From contig CAXHJY010000462.1 of assembly GCA_964016885.1 (NCBI GenBank), positions 124,001-188,000 of the forward strand: a DNA stretch of 64,000 bases. Reading direction: 5' to 3'. This document shows, one piece after another, positions 1 to 12,330 of the stretch. The notes under the pieces were generated by a model that worked only from the letters and a program-made list of their open reading frames with translations, made no database searches and was not told where the DNA came from. Position 1 is the first letter of the stretch, and the number at the start of each line of letters is the position of its first letter. This stretch comes from Eledone cirrhosa. Lineage: Eukaryota. A program made the position numbers and the translations under genes.

Positions 1-559
1 TATTTAATAACATATTACATATGTTTCACTGTCGATCAGCTCAAGGAATGATCTATTATTGATTGAACCTGACTCTGGAATCGTAAGATCCTCACATATG
101 CTTCAGTAAGTCAGCTGGTCTCTGATTTTGTACGAATATCTCCAGTACCTTGTTATATTTAGCACATTCTAACAATGTGTTATTCTGCGGTCTCCGCTCA
201 TTCGTTCGTTATCCCTCCTAATATATATATAAATATATATATATATATGTGTGTGTGATTGTGTGTGTGTGCGTGTGTGTGTGTGTGTGTTGGTGTGTGT
301 GCATACACACATATGTATATATATTTGAATATATGTATATGTGTATATATTTTATATATATAATTATGTGTGTGTATGTATGTATATATATATGTGTGTA
401 TGAGAGGGTGACGTCGTAAGGGGGTGTATAGAAACAATAACCTCATAACAAAAACAAAGTCGTAATCGGGGTTGTAATCGTAATCTATCTGTCTGGGTTT
501 GGCTCTTTTATCGACATAACAACCACCCCTGGAGAGATCCAAAGAACGCTAACTACGTA

Positions 560-740
560 CCATAATAACAATTCACTAGCTTGATTATGTCACCAACACT
601 GGAATCCACGAGAAAGCCAAGATCACCAATACCGTGCCTAATCTTTTGAAGGCTCAGCTGCGCTGGTCAAGGCATAGTTCCACAATGCCAGACGATCGCC
701 TGCCAACGATCATACACAACGATGGATTGTCTTCTGGCTG
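560..740 (+). mobile_element. Degenerate RTE-type LINE fragment (post-RT region)
   Basis: Translation LLKAQLRWSRHSSTMPDDRLPTII resembles the RTE motif QLRWxGHVxRMxDxRLP. Confidence 0.55.
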
Positions 741-744
741 TCGT

Positions 745-934
745 AATAATTGTTTCTACATTTGGCACAAGGCCAGCAATTGCCCAGTGCATTACTGGTA
801 CTTTATTTTATCGACACCGTAAGGATGAAAGGAAAAGTTAACGTCGGCGTGATTTGAACTCAGAATGGCAAGGGCCGTAACTCTATACGTCAAAGCATGG
901 CGTCCGACCCTCTACCGATACTGCCAATCCACCG
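745..934 (-). mobile_element. tRNA-derived SINE, family A, full length with target-site duplication (TSD)
   Basis: Minus strand has A-box-like TGGCAGTATCGG, B-box-like GAGTTCAAATC and an ...AGAAACAATTATT tail. TSD GTCGTAATAAT at 740-750 and 934-944. About 11 related copies in the window. Confidence 0.9.
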
Positions 935-1344
935 TCGTAATAATGTTGCACCCAGGAAACCGTACACTACACATCCCGAAAATACCCCCAAAAATAGTTC
1001 ATATCCCCCACAAACCAGTGGACCACCCAGCCCATTGAGCGCATTGCTTGGCGCCATATCCTCCGGCATGTTACAAGCGTATTTGTAGCAAACAATCGTT
1101 CCAGCTCGGAGGAGAAATGCAGAAATGTTGTCAAACTTGAGCCCAAAACAATACTGACATTTCTCTCCAGTCAATGTTGTCTGATTGATTATACGAATCA
1201 CCAGCATGCCTACAAACAAAGTGAACAGAACTGACCCGACCTTCTATGACATCATTGTTATGGAAGTCATCGCTAACAATATATCCAATTGCTATTGATG
1301 GACGAGAGGATGAGTCCACACACACCCACACGCGCACATATATA

Positions 1345-1704
1345 TATATATATCAAAGGTATATGTCAAAGGTATATTTTGAGTTAGGAACTCAAAATAG
1401 TCTCTTACAACAAAATAGCTCTAAGAAAGAGATATTTCCGAGGCGTATATTATAATAGAATATAAAAGGAAAACGAAGACAGACATATATACATATATGT
1501 GTTCAAATCGTAAGCGACCAGATTCGCTAAGGTGAAAAGAATACTAACTAAAGACAATTGGGTTTTCCGGTTTGTATTTATTTTCTTGATTTTTTCTTAA
1601 ATTGAGACAAGCAAACCCAATTGTCTATAGTTAGTATTCTTTTCACCTTAGCGAATCTGTTCCCTTACCATTTGAACATATATGTATATATTTGTGTTCG
1701 TTTT

Positions 1705-1712
<8 letters not shown>
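1345..1712. repeat. Fold-back element: ~105-bp inverted arms (1459-1565 / 1613-1712) plus a one-sided extension, between (TA)n tracts
   Basis: CAGATTCGCTAAGGTGAAAAGAATACTAACT and its reverse complement are both present. The extension has a TTTTGAGTT-AGG-AACTCAAAA hairpin. Confidence 0.8.
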
Positions 1713-1779
<67 letters not shown>

Positions 1780-1818
1780 ATATTTAGAAATGGAAACTAT
1801 ATTTTTAAAACCATATTT

Positions 1819-1880
1819 ATTTCATTATAATATTTCAAGGACACCAAAGCAAATTATGGTGCGCTTTCATCAGATAAAAT
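1819..1880 (-). ncRNA. Minimal hammerhead ribozyme motif, family F1 (inside element 1775-1910)
   Basis: Minus strand: ATTTTAT-CTGATGA-AAGCGCACCA..TGGTGTCCTT-GAAA-TATTA-TA-ATGAAAT. Confidence 0.7.
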
Positions 1881-1901
1881 ATAATATAGATCAGTTTTAT
1901 A

Positions 1902-1987
<86 letters not shown>

Positions 1988-2731
1988 AACGAGGAAGTTT
2001 CCTTTCTACATGAAAAATATTTATTGCATATCAACCTGTTAAGCGCGTTTCACAGGGGATTGCCTCAAGGTGACCCATAGGAGTTATAGACTGCAATCCC
2101 GTATCGAATAGATCTGCTCCTCAGACTGGTGATGCGACAAAAGATATATTTTTGTTGTGGTATGTAGGCCGAGAAGGTATATATATAGGCATCGGACCAA
2201 TTTCTTGTGTGTGGGTGTACGTGTGTATTTTGTTGTGATTGGTGGGGCTGCAATTTACGGGACCGCGCGAGCAATTAAGGATTCGTGTGTATGTGTGTCC
2301 GCACGGGTGTGCGCGGTTTGGAATATGTATTGGTCAGTCAAAAACTTACTTTGGAGTAAACCGGAAGCAGGGTTTTGTGGGGTATGTCACTCTTGGAAGA
2401 CCCGGTGTTAGATTGTCGTGTCAATATACACAGTTCGTGTTTTTATCAAAGAATTTAAAAAAAAGGGAATTCTCTTATTGATAGGAAGAAATAATTGTAA
2501 GTTATAGAAATTGAACAACATAGACAGGCAGACATAGTCGTACAGACGTGCACAGACATGTATATACCAATACATACACCCAGACATAGGATCCCGCGCA
2601 CGCATATAAGTGTGTACACACACACACACATATACATATATATATATATACACACACACACACACTCATATATATACATATAGATATATATATAATATAA
2701 GATCAAAAGATGGTTAAAGGAGTTCAATATA

Positions 2732-2798
2732 TTTTATTATGCGCATTTCAAAAACAAACATCATCAAACAATAATATTTGTGTTTTCATCAGATAAAA
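2732..2798 (-). ncRNA. Minimal type-I hammerhead ribozyme at the PLE 3' end
   Basis: TTTTAT-CTGATGA-stem II-GAAA-TGCGCA-TA-ATAAAA: perfect 6-bp stem I, palindromic stem III, NUH triplet. Confidence 0.8.
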
Positions 2799-4025
2799 CA
2801 GGAGAACATGATATGAAGGCTAAAAAAAACACTTGTTGATAGTGCGGTTTTAAATCAACATATGAAAAGTGGTTTTAGATTGATGTGTGATATTGGGAAA
2901 AATATTTTATTTAGAGAGGGGGGGAGAGAAAAGGATGAAAAGGGAAGGAGATGAGAGGGAGAGATGGGTGATAGAGAGAAAGAGATAGTTTTTATAACAG
3001 AGAGGAGATATATATTATATAGAGGGGTTGAAAACCGTTGGAAGATACTGTATAAATTAAAAATTTTGAAAATTAACGAAGGGAGGATATGTGCGAGGAA
3101 AAAATATATTATATTTAGGGAGGGGTGGGGGTGGAAAGGATGAAAAAAAGGGGAGGAGATGAGAGTGAAGGTGGAAAGGGAGAGATGGGTGATAGAGAGA
3201 AAGAGATAGTTTTTATAACTGAGAAAAAGATATAATGTTTTAATATAGAGAGGTTGGGAACCGTTGGAAGATAATGTATAAATTAAAGGAATTTGAAAAT
3301 TAACGAAGGGAAATTATGTATGGAGATAGAGAGAAAAAAATAACGAAGGGAGATTATGTATGGAGATAGAGAGAAAAAAAAAAAAAAAATAATAATTGTG
3401 GGTGAATATTCAAAAGGAGAAATGTAGGAATCTTAAAATTAGCAAAGAGAAAATGTTTATGTATAGGATTTGAGAAAAATTTATATTGAATTCATATGTA
3501 TTAATAATGAGTTTGTTGATGGGGAGAAAAAAATAATAATAATAAATTAAGGATGAAATTGAGATTAAAAAGATTTATGATAGAGAGAAAAAATAATAAT
3601 GATTGCGGATGAATACTCAAAATGTCAAAAACAAATGTTATTGTTTTACGAAGAGATATAATGAGGGTGATGAGTAAACGGGTATTATAGAGTGTATAAT
3701 GCCCTTTAAAGTAAGGTAGATGGGTATATTTTAAAGAATATATGAGTATATATTAAAAAAAATATATATAATAATAAATTAAGGATGAAATTGAGATTAA
3801 AAAGATTTATGATAGAGGGAAAAAAATAATAATGATTGCGGATGAATATTCAAAATGTCAAAAACAAATGTTATTGTTTTACGAGAAGATAGGATGAGGT
3901 AAATGAATAAACGAGTACTATAGAGTGTATAATGCCCTTTAAAGTAAGGTAGATGGGTATATTTTAAAGAGGTGTATGTATATGTGCCTTTGAGAAAAGA
4001 TTCTAAATTGATAAAGAATTGAATA

Positions 4026-5207
4026 TTAACTGTATACTTTGTGAAAAGTTCTATGGAATTTATGAAGGCAGATGGAAAACAAATCCGAGCGTCTATTTAT
4101 TATGGATTCTAGGTTAGAGATAATGGTAAATTTTTCATTTAGGCAGAGATTACAGATTTTAGATAGAGAACTGTTCAAGTACGAGGATGCAGAAGAAATC
4201 TTTTTCCAAAAGATGTTATATTTAATGTTTTTGTCTTTTAAGGACCATATGAGTTCTGAGAGAGCAGTGTTAGTTCTTTTAAGTTTGTATTTGAAAGATG
4301 AATGATGATTATAGAGACGAGCTTTAAAAGAGGTGGAAGTGGAGCCAAAATAGGTGAAGGAGTTGGTGCTAGTTATAATTTTACATTCATAAATTAAGTT
4401 TTTATCGAGGCAATGGTTGTTGAGAGGACATTTATTTTTAATGCGGCAGTTGCAATTAGAGAGATTATTAATGAGTGATCTAGTGTTATCTATAGAAGGA
4501 ATTGGATTGGAGAAGTTGTTTGCGATAGGAATAATAGGAATAATAGTTTCTTGATTTAGAGTTGGATTATGAACATTTAACGAAGTTGTGTTTGACGTTG
4601 TATTTGGGTTTACAGAAGTTAGCCTAGGGTTTACAATGACGTCAGGAGTACTATTATTGTTATTATGAGATTCAATATTGGAAGGAAGAGATTTAGTATT
4701 TAATATTTTGTTGTTGTGTTTAGAAATGATGTTGGAAATATTGGAGGATGTAGAATACGAAAATTTAATGGTGTGTTTGTTAAATATTTTACTATAGATA
4801 TGTGAGGGAGGGAAGCATTTATTTAAGGCACTAAAAAATAATTTAGGAATATTGTTATTAATAGAGATGGAGAAAGGAGCATTATACCAGATTATGTTTT
4901 TGTATCTAGGTCTTTTATTAAAATTATTGGAATGGATATGATTAAATATTCTACTGTAAGTTTTCCTAGAATTTGTTTCTTTATTATATTTGATTTTATC
5001 TGGATAGCCAGCTTTAGAAAGTGCGTTATTATAGTAATTGGCGTTAGCATCAAAGATGTTTTTATTAGAAGATATGTTAGATATTCTATTTCCAATATTA
5101 TTAACTATAGCATTCTTGATATTGGTAGGATGGTTAGATTTAAAGTTAACATAATTAAGATTCTCATTGTTTTTATGGTAAGGGTAATATAGGCCAGTGT
5201 CAAGATT
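4026..5207 (-). CDS. Partial PLE polyprotein (RT C-terminus plus GIY-YIG endonuclease), 393 aa, no internal stop, no Met
   Basis: Hand translation: NLDTGLYYPYHK..SNHP..IIWYNAPFS..CNCRIKNKCPLNNHC..LIYEC..TYFGST..CNLCLNEK..INRRSDLFSICLH; stop at 4028-4026. Confidence 0.9.
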   Translation of the reverse strand, partial: NLDTGLYYPYHKNNENLNYVNFKSNHPTNIKNAIVNNIGNRISNISSNKNIFDANANYYNNALSKAGYPDKIKYNKETNSRKTYSRIFNHIHSNNFNKRPRYKNIIWYNAPFSISINNNIPKLFFSALNKCFPPSHIYSKIFNKHTIKFSYSTSSNISNIISKHNNKILNTKSLPSNIESHNNNNSTPDVIVNPRLTSVNPNTTSNTTSLNVHNPTLNQETIIPIIPIANNFSNPIPSIDNTRSLINNLSNCNCRIKNKCPLNNHCLDKNLIYECKIITSTNSFTYFGSTSTSFKARLYNHHSSFKYKLKRTNTALSELIWSLKDKNIKYNIFWKKISSASSYLNSSLSKICNLCLNEKFTIISNLESIINRRSDLFSICLHKFHRTFHKVYS

Positions 5208-5269
5208 ATATATATATATATATAAGGGTAATATAGGCCAGTGTTAAGATTATATATATATATATATAT

Positions 5270-5788
5270 AATGAAAAATTTGAACAGGAACAAAACAGAG
5301 AGGCAGTACAACGAATGTTTATTAATTTCACGCTCTTGGGAGTGGGGTGGTGATGGGGAACGACGTTTCGGGCATAAGCCCTTCTTCAGGTGAAAAGTGT
5401 GGGGGAAGAGAGTTCAAAGGGTGTGTAGGGGAGTGGTGGAGGGACATATAGCGAAAAGGGGGTGGGAGGAAACGGTGCGAATGAAATTAAAAATAAAAGC
5501 ATGATCAAAATAAAATTAAAATGGGGTAAAACAGGTCGTGGAAGGCTGTGGGGCGTGTAGGGTGGTGGCGGGTGGAGTGGGGAGAGGGAGACGGGGTGTC
5601 CGAGCGGGAGGGCTGAAGGTGGTGTGTGTGTGTAGGTGTACGTGTGTGTGTGTGTGTGTGTATGTGAAAGCAAGGGTTGGGGGAAGAACGGGGTTGCATG
5701 TTCAGGAAGAAGTGTGTGTGGGGTGGGGTGTAGGTCGGAGTCTGTGTGCGTGTGTGGATAGAGGGGTGGGGGGAGAGGAATCCGGAGG

Positions 5789-5790
<2 letters not shown>
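5270..5790 (-). mobile_element. PLE 3' end (probably Neptune type) carrying a hammerhead
   Basis: C-rich 3' region followed by the hammerhead at 5355-5396; bounded by (TA)n. Confidence 0.55.
5355..5396 (-). ncRNA. Minimal hammerhead ribozyme motif
   Basis: CTGAAGA-AGGGC-TTAT-GCCC-GAAA-CGTC; intact core and stem II, weak stem I. Confidence 0.75.
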
Positions 5791-5828
<38 letters not shown>

Positions 5829-5830
<2 letters not shown>

Positions 5831-6445
5831 GAGGTTATATTTAATTTGTTGGGATACAACAAGCAAAATACTTTTGTAACTGATATAAAGCACTCAACAA
5901 ATTATTGGAGTAAATATACAATATATTAACAGATGGAAACTATATTTATAAAACCATATTTATTTCATTATACATATTTCAAGGGCCACCAAGGCAAATG
6001 ATGGTGCTCTTTCATCAGATAAAATATAATATAATATAGGTTAGTTTTATAAATAAATATTGACATACCCTGAAAAAATGCAACCATTCTGGTTGGAGTC
6101 TCCAGGAGACTCCAATCAGAATGGTTGCATTTTGGGGGGCGGTGAATTGGCAGTATTGGTAGAGAGTCGGATACCATGCTTTGAAGCATAGAGTTACGTC
6201 CCTTTATGATCTGAGTTCAAATCCCGCCAAGGTTAACTTTGCCTTTCATCCTTATGGGGTCGATAAAATAAAGTACCAGTAATGTACTGGAATAATTGCT
6301 GGCCTTGTGCCAAAAGCAGAAATAATTATATTATATTTTATCTGATGAAAGCGCACCATAATTTGCCTTGGTGGCCCTTGAAATATGTATAATGAAATAA
6401 ATATGGTTTTCTAAATATAGTTTCCATTTGTTAATATATTGTATA
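5829..6445. mobile_element. Family F1 fold-back element with two opposed hammerheads (5962-6025 minus, 6335-6398 plus), right arm interrupted by a SINE
   Basis: 5915-6035 is the reverse complement of 6325-6445; central hairpin AAAATGCAACCATTCTG..CAGAATGGTTGCATTTT at 6075-6133; one-sided extension 5829-5915. Confidence 0.85.
6138..6330 (+). mobile_element. SINE family A, full length
   Basis: GGCGGTGAATTGGCAGTATTGG...GAGTTCAAATCCC...CCTTGTGCCAAAAGCAGAAATAATTAT. Confidence 0.9.
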
Positions 6446-6447
6446 TA

Positions 6448-6502
<55 letters not shown>

Positions 6503-7296
6503 ATGTGTGTGTGTGTGTGTGTGTGACAGCTGACCCCTCGTTATCGAGTATGGCCATTGCACGATATAACATTATTAATAATTATAAATTAATTCTATCG
6601 TGTAATGCCTGTGCGTGAATATATTTTTTAAAGTGAGGAAAGACTGTGCACTGAGCCAATCCCACTCTCTGAGCGACAGTAGCTATGACCCGAAAAGAAG
6701 AAAAGTTCAACATCATCGGTAAATACTGAGCCACAGGTTTTATATCGGAGTTATCCCAGTTTCCTGAGTTGCCTTCTACTACAAGAATGCCCTGACAAAG
6801 CCTAAGGGTCCTTCACTCCCAGTGGGTTAACCGCGCGATCGGGTGTCCAGCCCGACTATTTCTATGTCCCCGCGCGCTGTACATATATATATCTATATAT
6901 ACATACATATATTTATACACACAGACATATATACATACATGTACATATATATATATACACACATATATATGCACACATAGGTACACACTTATATGTACAG
7001 ACATACACAAATACATACATATCCATTCATACGTACATAAATACAGCCACATGCACTCACACACACATATACATACGCATGCACATACATATACAAATGC
7101 ATATATATATATATATACATATATATGCATAAATACATATATATATACATATATATATATATACATATACATGCACATGCATGTGTGTGCGCCCATTAAA
7201 GGTATAAACAGACATACAAGTGCCTATATATGTGTGGAGTCGCAGACACACACACCGATGCGTGCCACCGCATACACCCATAGATATAGCAGAAGT

Positions 7297-7408
7297 AATA
7301 ATAATTGTTTCTACTTTTGGCACAAGGCCAGCAATTAACCAGTGTATTACTGGTACTTTATTTTATCGACCCCGTAAGGATGAAAGGCAAAGTTAACCTC
7401 GGCGGGAT
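7297..7408 (-). mobile_element. SINE family A, 5'-truncated
   Basis: Matches the 3' ~110 bp of the copy at 745-934. Confidence 0.85.
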
Positions 7409-7671
7409 ATGATGACAGTAATAATTAAGAGATGGTGTACAGATGTATATATAGAGTTATAAGTAGCAGAAGAGTGTTCAAATACATTTCTTTCGCTTGC
7501 CTGTGTGTTTGATCGAAGTATGGCTGTGAATTATTTGTTATTCCTTAGCTTCTGCTCGTCCACGTATCTGTTGAACAGGTGTGCGCGCTCGTGCGAACAG
7601 TTCATTACGATTTCAGGCCCCACGTTTATACCGTGTTTTTTCAGTTTTATTGATATATATATGATATATAA

Positions 7672-7729
<58 letters not shown>

Positions 7730-8250
7730 GAGAGAGAGAGAGAGTAGTTAAATATAGCGAAGCCCATATGAAGTTGCATATAAATTTCTGCATTTAACTA
7801 TTATGTATATTACGCGACGGGCAACCAGCTTAAGGGTAACAGGCTAAATGCTGGGACCTCGTATCGAATAACTTAGAAGTTGCATATTTTACACATCTCA
7901 TTGTTATTATTTTCTGATGTCCTCAGGAAGTTAGATGAACGGAAATCACAAAATCTAATCGTCGACCCCAGCACAATATATATAATAGATGAATAAACGT
8001 ATACACAATTTCATAGGGCCTTCTCTATATCTAATGTACTGTATGCTCCGGCCTGTACGAGAGGAAGGCGTTGAGCGATTTATTCTATTTACATCACTAT
8101 TGACTGACTGTATTATGGATTGCATATATCTAGACATTTAACGCCCTATAAAATTATATATACTAGAATATGTAATGTGCATATTGGTATTATACGAGAA
8201 TATATATGCATATAGATATTATATGTAAATTAAAAAGTAAATTTACAATA

Positions 8251-8895
8251 TCTTCTTCTTCGCCCATTTATTTCTGAGAGGCTCGTGAGGGCAGAGTCCT
8301 CAAACCCTCCCTCCAGCAGGTCCTGTCAGAAGCAAACATCTCTAACATGATCCAGCTGGATCCCAAAGTGTGACCAGTTAAGCCCATGGATGTTATGCAA
8401 ATATCTTACTTGCAGGGTCTACCTCTGGGTCTCTTGCCGGTTGGTTTTGTCTGTAAAATCTGTCCAGTGTTTCTTTTCTGAGACATTCTAACTACATGCT
8501 CATAGTACAGAGCTGTGATCTCTCAATTCAGAGAGGTAGCAGCTCTCCTTGGAGTGACTCTGTGATCTCTTAACTATGCACATTATCGAGTAACCTTACT
8601 CAAAAGACCCTTCGGATGAAACCAATTTTGGCCGCATGTATTTACAATTGTATTATTTTGGTCATTACCCAAGATTCATGACTTTCGGTAAGGGTTGACA
8701 AGAATACCTGGAAGATTTGGCTTTTACAACTACTTCCCTTCTTCTGAATACTGAATACTGAAGCTAGCACATTACTGCATCAGCTCCGGCAATTCCTGCA
8801 CTTAATTCAGCCTCCTGCCTTCCATCGCACATAAATTCGGACCTGAATACTTGAAATTCTCTACCTGCTTCACTGGAATGCCATTCACATATATA
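8251..8895 (-). mobile_element. RTE-type LINE 3' fragment, family B, (GAA)n tail
   Basis: Homologous to 20010-20640 (GAGCTGTGATCTCTCAATTC, CAAAGACCCTTCGGA); ends ..GGGCGAAGAAGAAGA on the minus strand. Confidence 0.8.
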
Positions 8896-9033
8896 TAAAT
8901 TCGAGGGATTTCCATCCATCCGTCCGTCACACAATGTGTGCGTGTGTTTGTGTGAATGCATGTGTGTGTAAAAGGAAGTCAAAGGATAAACACATATATA
9001 TGTCTCTAACTAAAAAATTGTGACGCACACAAA

Positions 9034-9068
<35 letters not shown>

Positions 9069-9149
9069 AGACACTCACACACTTCTCTAATTAAAGAACG
9101 CCGACAAACTCAGGCGCGCGCACATACACACTATCCTATTACCACTTAA

Positions 9150-9560
9150 GAGCGTGGGCCCGGCTAAACATCCTCTCAATTTTGGAACCGTCTGGGATGT
9201 CCAGCATTGAGGGGAAATTACCTGACGGACGTACTATGTGCCCCTGGTCAAGAGGTAGGTGCCTTATCTGGGACGTCACAGTTACTGACACTTTTGTTAA
9301 GTTAGGGCGAGAGCTACAGCATCTGCAGGGAACAAAATCCTAAAATACCGTGATCTGTCGGCTAGCTCTATTTTCCAAACTGTGGCGTTCGAGACGTTTG
9401 GGGGTGTCGGGATACTGACAGTGAGGTTCTTATCTTCCTGCGGCCCGCTTCAGAGAGGTAGCTGGTGATGCTCGTGGGGGTGCTTGGTCGTTCCAGCACC
9501 TCAGCCTCACCATCACCCGAGGTAACACTGCGAGTACGCTGGCTTCACTCAAAATTTATT
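9150..9560 (+). mobile_element. CRE-like non-LTR retrotransposon fragment (restriction-like endonuclease, RLE)
   Basis: Broken translation LEPSGMSSIEGKLPDGRTMCPWSRGRCLIWDVTVTDT..KILKYRDL..VAFETFG..LSLTITRGN. Confidence 0.75.
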
Positions 9561-9977
9561 AGAGATGTTTCCCACGGCTCCTAGCAATATTGTTATCTTT
9601 TTCTCTGGTAGCGACTCGTTTCTTCAACTCTTTCGCCTGGCTTTTCTTGTATATAGTCCTTGATGTCTGTATTACATGCTTATGTTTTGTATATAATCCT
9701 AGATGTGTGTATTATCCGCTTGTGTGTTGAATGTGACCATAGATGTGTATTACCTGCTTATGTGTTGTATGAGGTCATATATGTGCATGCCACATGCTTG
9801 TGTGTTGTATGTGATCCTAGATGTGCATGTCCCCTGCTTGTGTGTTGTATGTGGTCCTAGATGTGTGTATTACCTGTTTGTGTCTTTTTCTCTTTCTTTT
9901 TCCTCTTTTTTTTACTTCCCCTTTCCTTCTTTATATATATTTGTTTGCGTTTTTATTTATTAAGCATTATCTATATT

Positions 9978-10230
9978 ATGCTTTGACGCATAGAGTTACG
10001 GCCCTTGCCATTCTGAGTACAAATCCCGCCGAGGTTAACTTTGCCTTTCATCCTTACGAGGTCGATAAAATAAAGTACCAATAATGCACTGGGATAATTG
10101 CTGGCCTTGTGCCAAAAGTAGAAACAATTATCTATATTATTATATTTGTTATCCCGCCTAACAGAGTGGATAAAATAAAGAGCCAGTAATGTACCGTGGT
10201 AACTGGTGGCCAAAAGTAGAAACAATTATT
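9978..10230 (+). mobile_element. SINE family A, 5'-truncated (9978-10130), plus a second partial 3' end (10165-10230)
   Basis: Direct similarity to 6138-6330. Confidence 0.85.
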
Positions 10231-11229
10231 ATATATTTTATACAACTGTAACAACAAATAAGTTTTTAAAAGAAGAGTTAATCTGTGTTGCTAAGAATAA
10301 ATATATTAAAAAGTTAGCCCTTCATTTTGCCCTCCCATTTCCAAATTTGTCGAACGGTGCTATCATGCGGGTGTATGTATATGTGTATGTGTGTGTGAGT
10401 GTGTTTGGGTGAAAGTATGTGTAGAGTGTGAGTGCGTATTTTTGTGTCTGTGTTTGCGCGTTTATAGCTATATACTCATACATATAAATGTATGCATATG
10501 CAAATACACACGCGCACGTACATACACATCAGCGTGTCGAACAAAATCCTAATCTCTTCATCTTTCTCTTTCACCATTATATATATCTGTCACATAGTCA
10601 CTATATCTATCTGTATCTATCTCTTCACACACTCTCTCTTTCTTTCTCCCTCTATATATCTACATACGGTACTTGAAGTGATGGTGGCAATATACCGGAA
10701 GTGTTGAAAATTGAAACTTTTGAAAGAAGTAAATCTTGAAATAAGCTATACATTAAATTATTTATGTTTAATCATGAGTTACGAAATTTAGTAGAATAAT
10801 TGTATAATATTAATTTATTAAATAGTCATAAAAAATATAAAAATACAGTCCCGCATTCCTCCCTTTATTACATTATTAATACATATAAAATAGTAGTTTT
10901 TGAAGACTCTACAATGTAGATGGGTAAATTTCCTGGTAACAAATCCATGTGGCAATAGGAGCAGAGAGAAATATAGGAAGAAACGTAAAAAGAGTCGTAA
11001 AAAATGTAAAAATGGCGTTAAAAAAATAGAAATTGGAAGAGATTTATTGCTCCCTATGTTTCGGATTTCGCATCCATCGACGAGGGATTGTTCCGAACGG
11101 AAATATGTATGTCTGGCAAGGGAACAATATAGGGGATCAAAAACCACCAGAGTGACGAACATATTAACTACATATGGAATGGAGAATAGAAATCAATTAA
11201 AAGTATAAATTAAAGTGTACACACCATAC

Positions 11230-12330
11230 AATTAAAACTATAGCATCCGGACATGCTCAAATTAGAGTATGTTATGTTGTGCTTGCGTTTGCGTTATGTT
11301 TAATCTTCATATTGTTATTATTAATTATGGCTATGTTTTGGTTTAGGATTTTGGTAGTAGAGTATAATAGCTTGACAGTGGATCTATTAAATAACCATCT
11401 GTATCTTTGTGATTTGGAGAAACATTCATCTAGTGCATTGACGAAAAGTTGAACGATGCTAGTTTTAGCCCCGGGGAGTGGGGTGAGTTATACGATAGGA
11501 CAGAACGTGATCTGTTCCGTTGTGGCCTAGTTTCACTAGATTTAACATATGTGAACGCTTTTGGTGGAGGAGGTGGTGTTTGATTTACTGTTGCAGCTAG
11601 TTGTGGTGGGGTTATTGTGTCCATGTACTGGTTTATCTGTATCCGCCCCCCTGGTTAAGCTAATGACATTCATAATACTTTATTTTAGGCAAGCTGAGTT
11701 TGTTCTATCTCCATTGTGTCTGTGTTGGGTACCTCTGGGTTTATTTTCAGTTAGTTTGTCCCTACTAGTGTTTGTTCTATGAGCTTGTTTATGTTTTTGT
11801 ATGGATGCGTTATTGATTCTATCACTTCCTGTGTATTCTATTTCAATCTTGAATCCAGTCTTGGCTATTGTGTCATAGTAGTGACTAGCTCTGCTATTGA
11901 AGATGTCCATATTAGCTGAAAGCTTAAGACCATCTGTGCTACACTATTGACTATGGCCTTAGTTACAATCCAAGGGATTTGGGAGAAGTAGCTAACCTAC
12001 CTAAAGTGTTCGTTTAATTTATGGTATAGGTAATAAAGACCAGAATTAAAGTTTAGGTTTATGTCGAGGAAATTGACTATTTTACTGTTAGTGCCTAGTT
12101 CAATGTGAAGACCAAAATTACAGAGCAGTCCGCTTGGTTAACTAAGGTAAAGATGACGTCGTCGCTGTACAAAATTATACCCAGTTCCGGTATTCTTCGT
12201 TTAATTAGGTGGAGAATGCATATTTCGACAAGGTCCGTAACTTTCGCTGAGTCTGTGTAGCCCATGGTGATGTCGAAGTTACTGTGTCTGACCGTGTGTT
12301 TTCAAAGTCCGTCATTAAATTTGTCTGAAG
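11230..12330 (-). mobile_element. Degenerate Naiad-type PLE reverse transcriptase
   Basis: FDITMGYTDSAKVTDLVEICIL..LYSDDV..IVNFLDINLN..GLYY..RSRSVLSYNSP with stops and frameshifts; possible decayed hammerhead downstream at ~11050-11085. Confidence 0.8.

Larger units (their letters stand above)
2700..5260 (-). mobile_element. 5'-truncated Penelope-like element, Naiad type (RT thumb, linker, GIY-YIG endonuclease, long 3' region with hammerhead)
   Basis: Open frame 5207-4026, ~1.3-kb 3' region with internal tandem duplications, hammerhead at 2732-2798, (TA)n on both flanks. Confidence 0.9.

Noticed and set aside
4026-4460. Possible selenoprotein Naiad (in-frame UGA plus SECIS, reported for some Naiads)
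   Set aside because: All conserved cysteine codons here are TGC/TGT, and I saw no SECIS-like ATGA..AA..GA stem in the 3' region.
6138-6230. tRNA gene
   Set aside because: A/B-box-like motifs are present, but they form the head of a multi-copy SINE with TSDs and no convincing cloverleaf.
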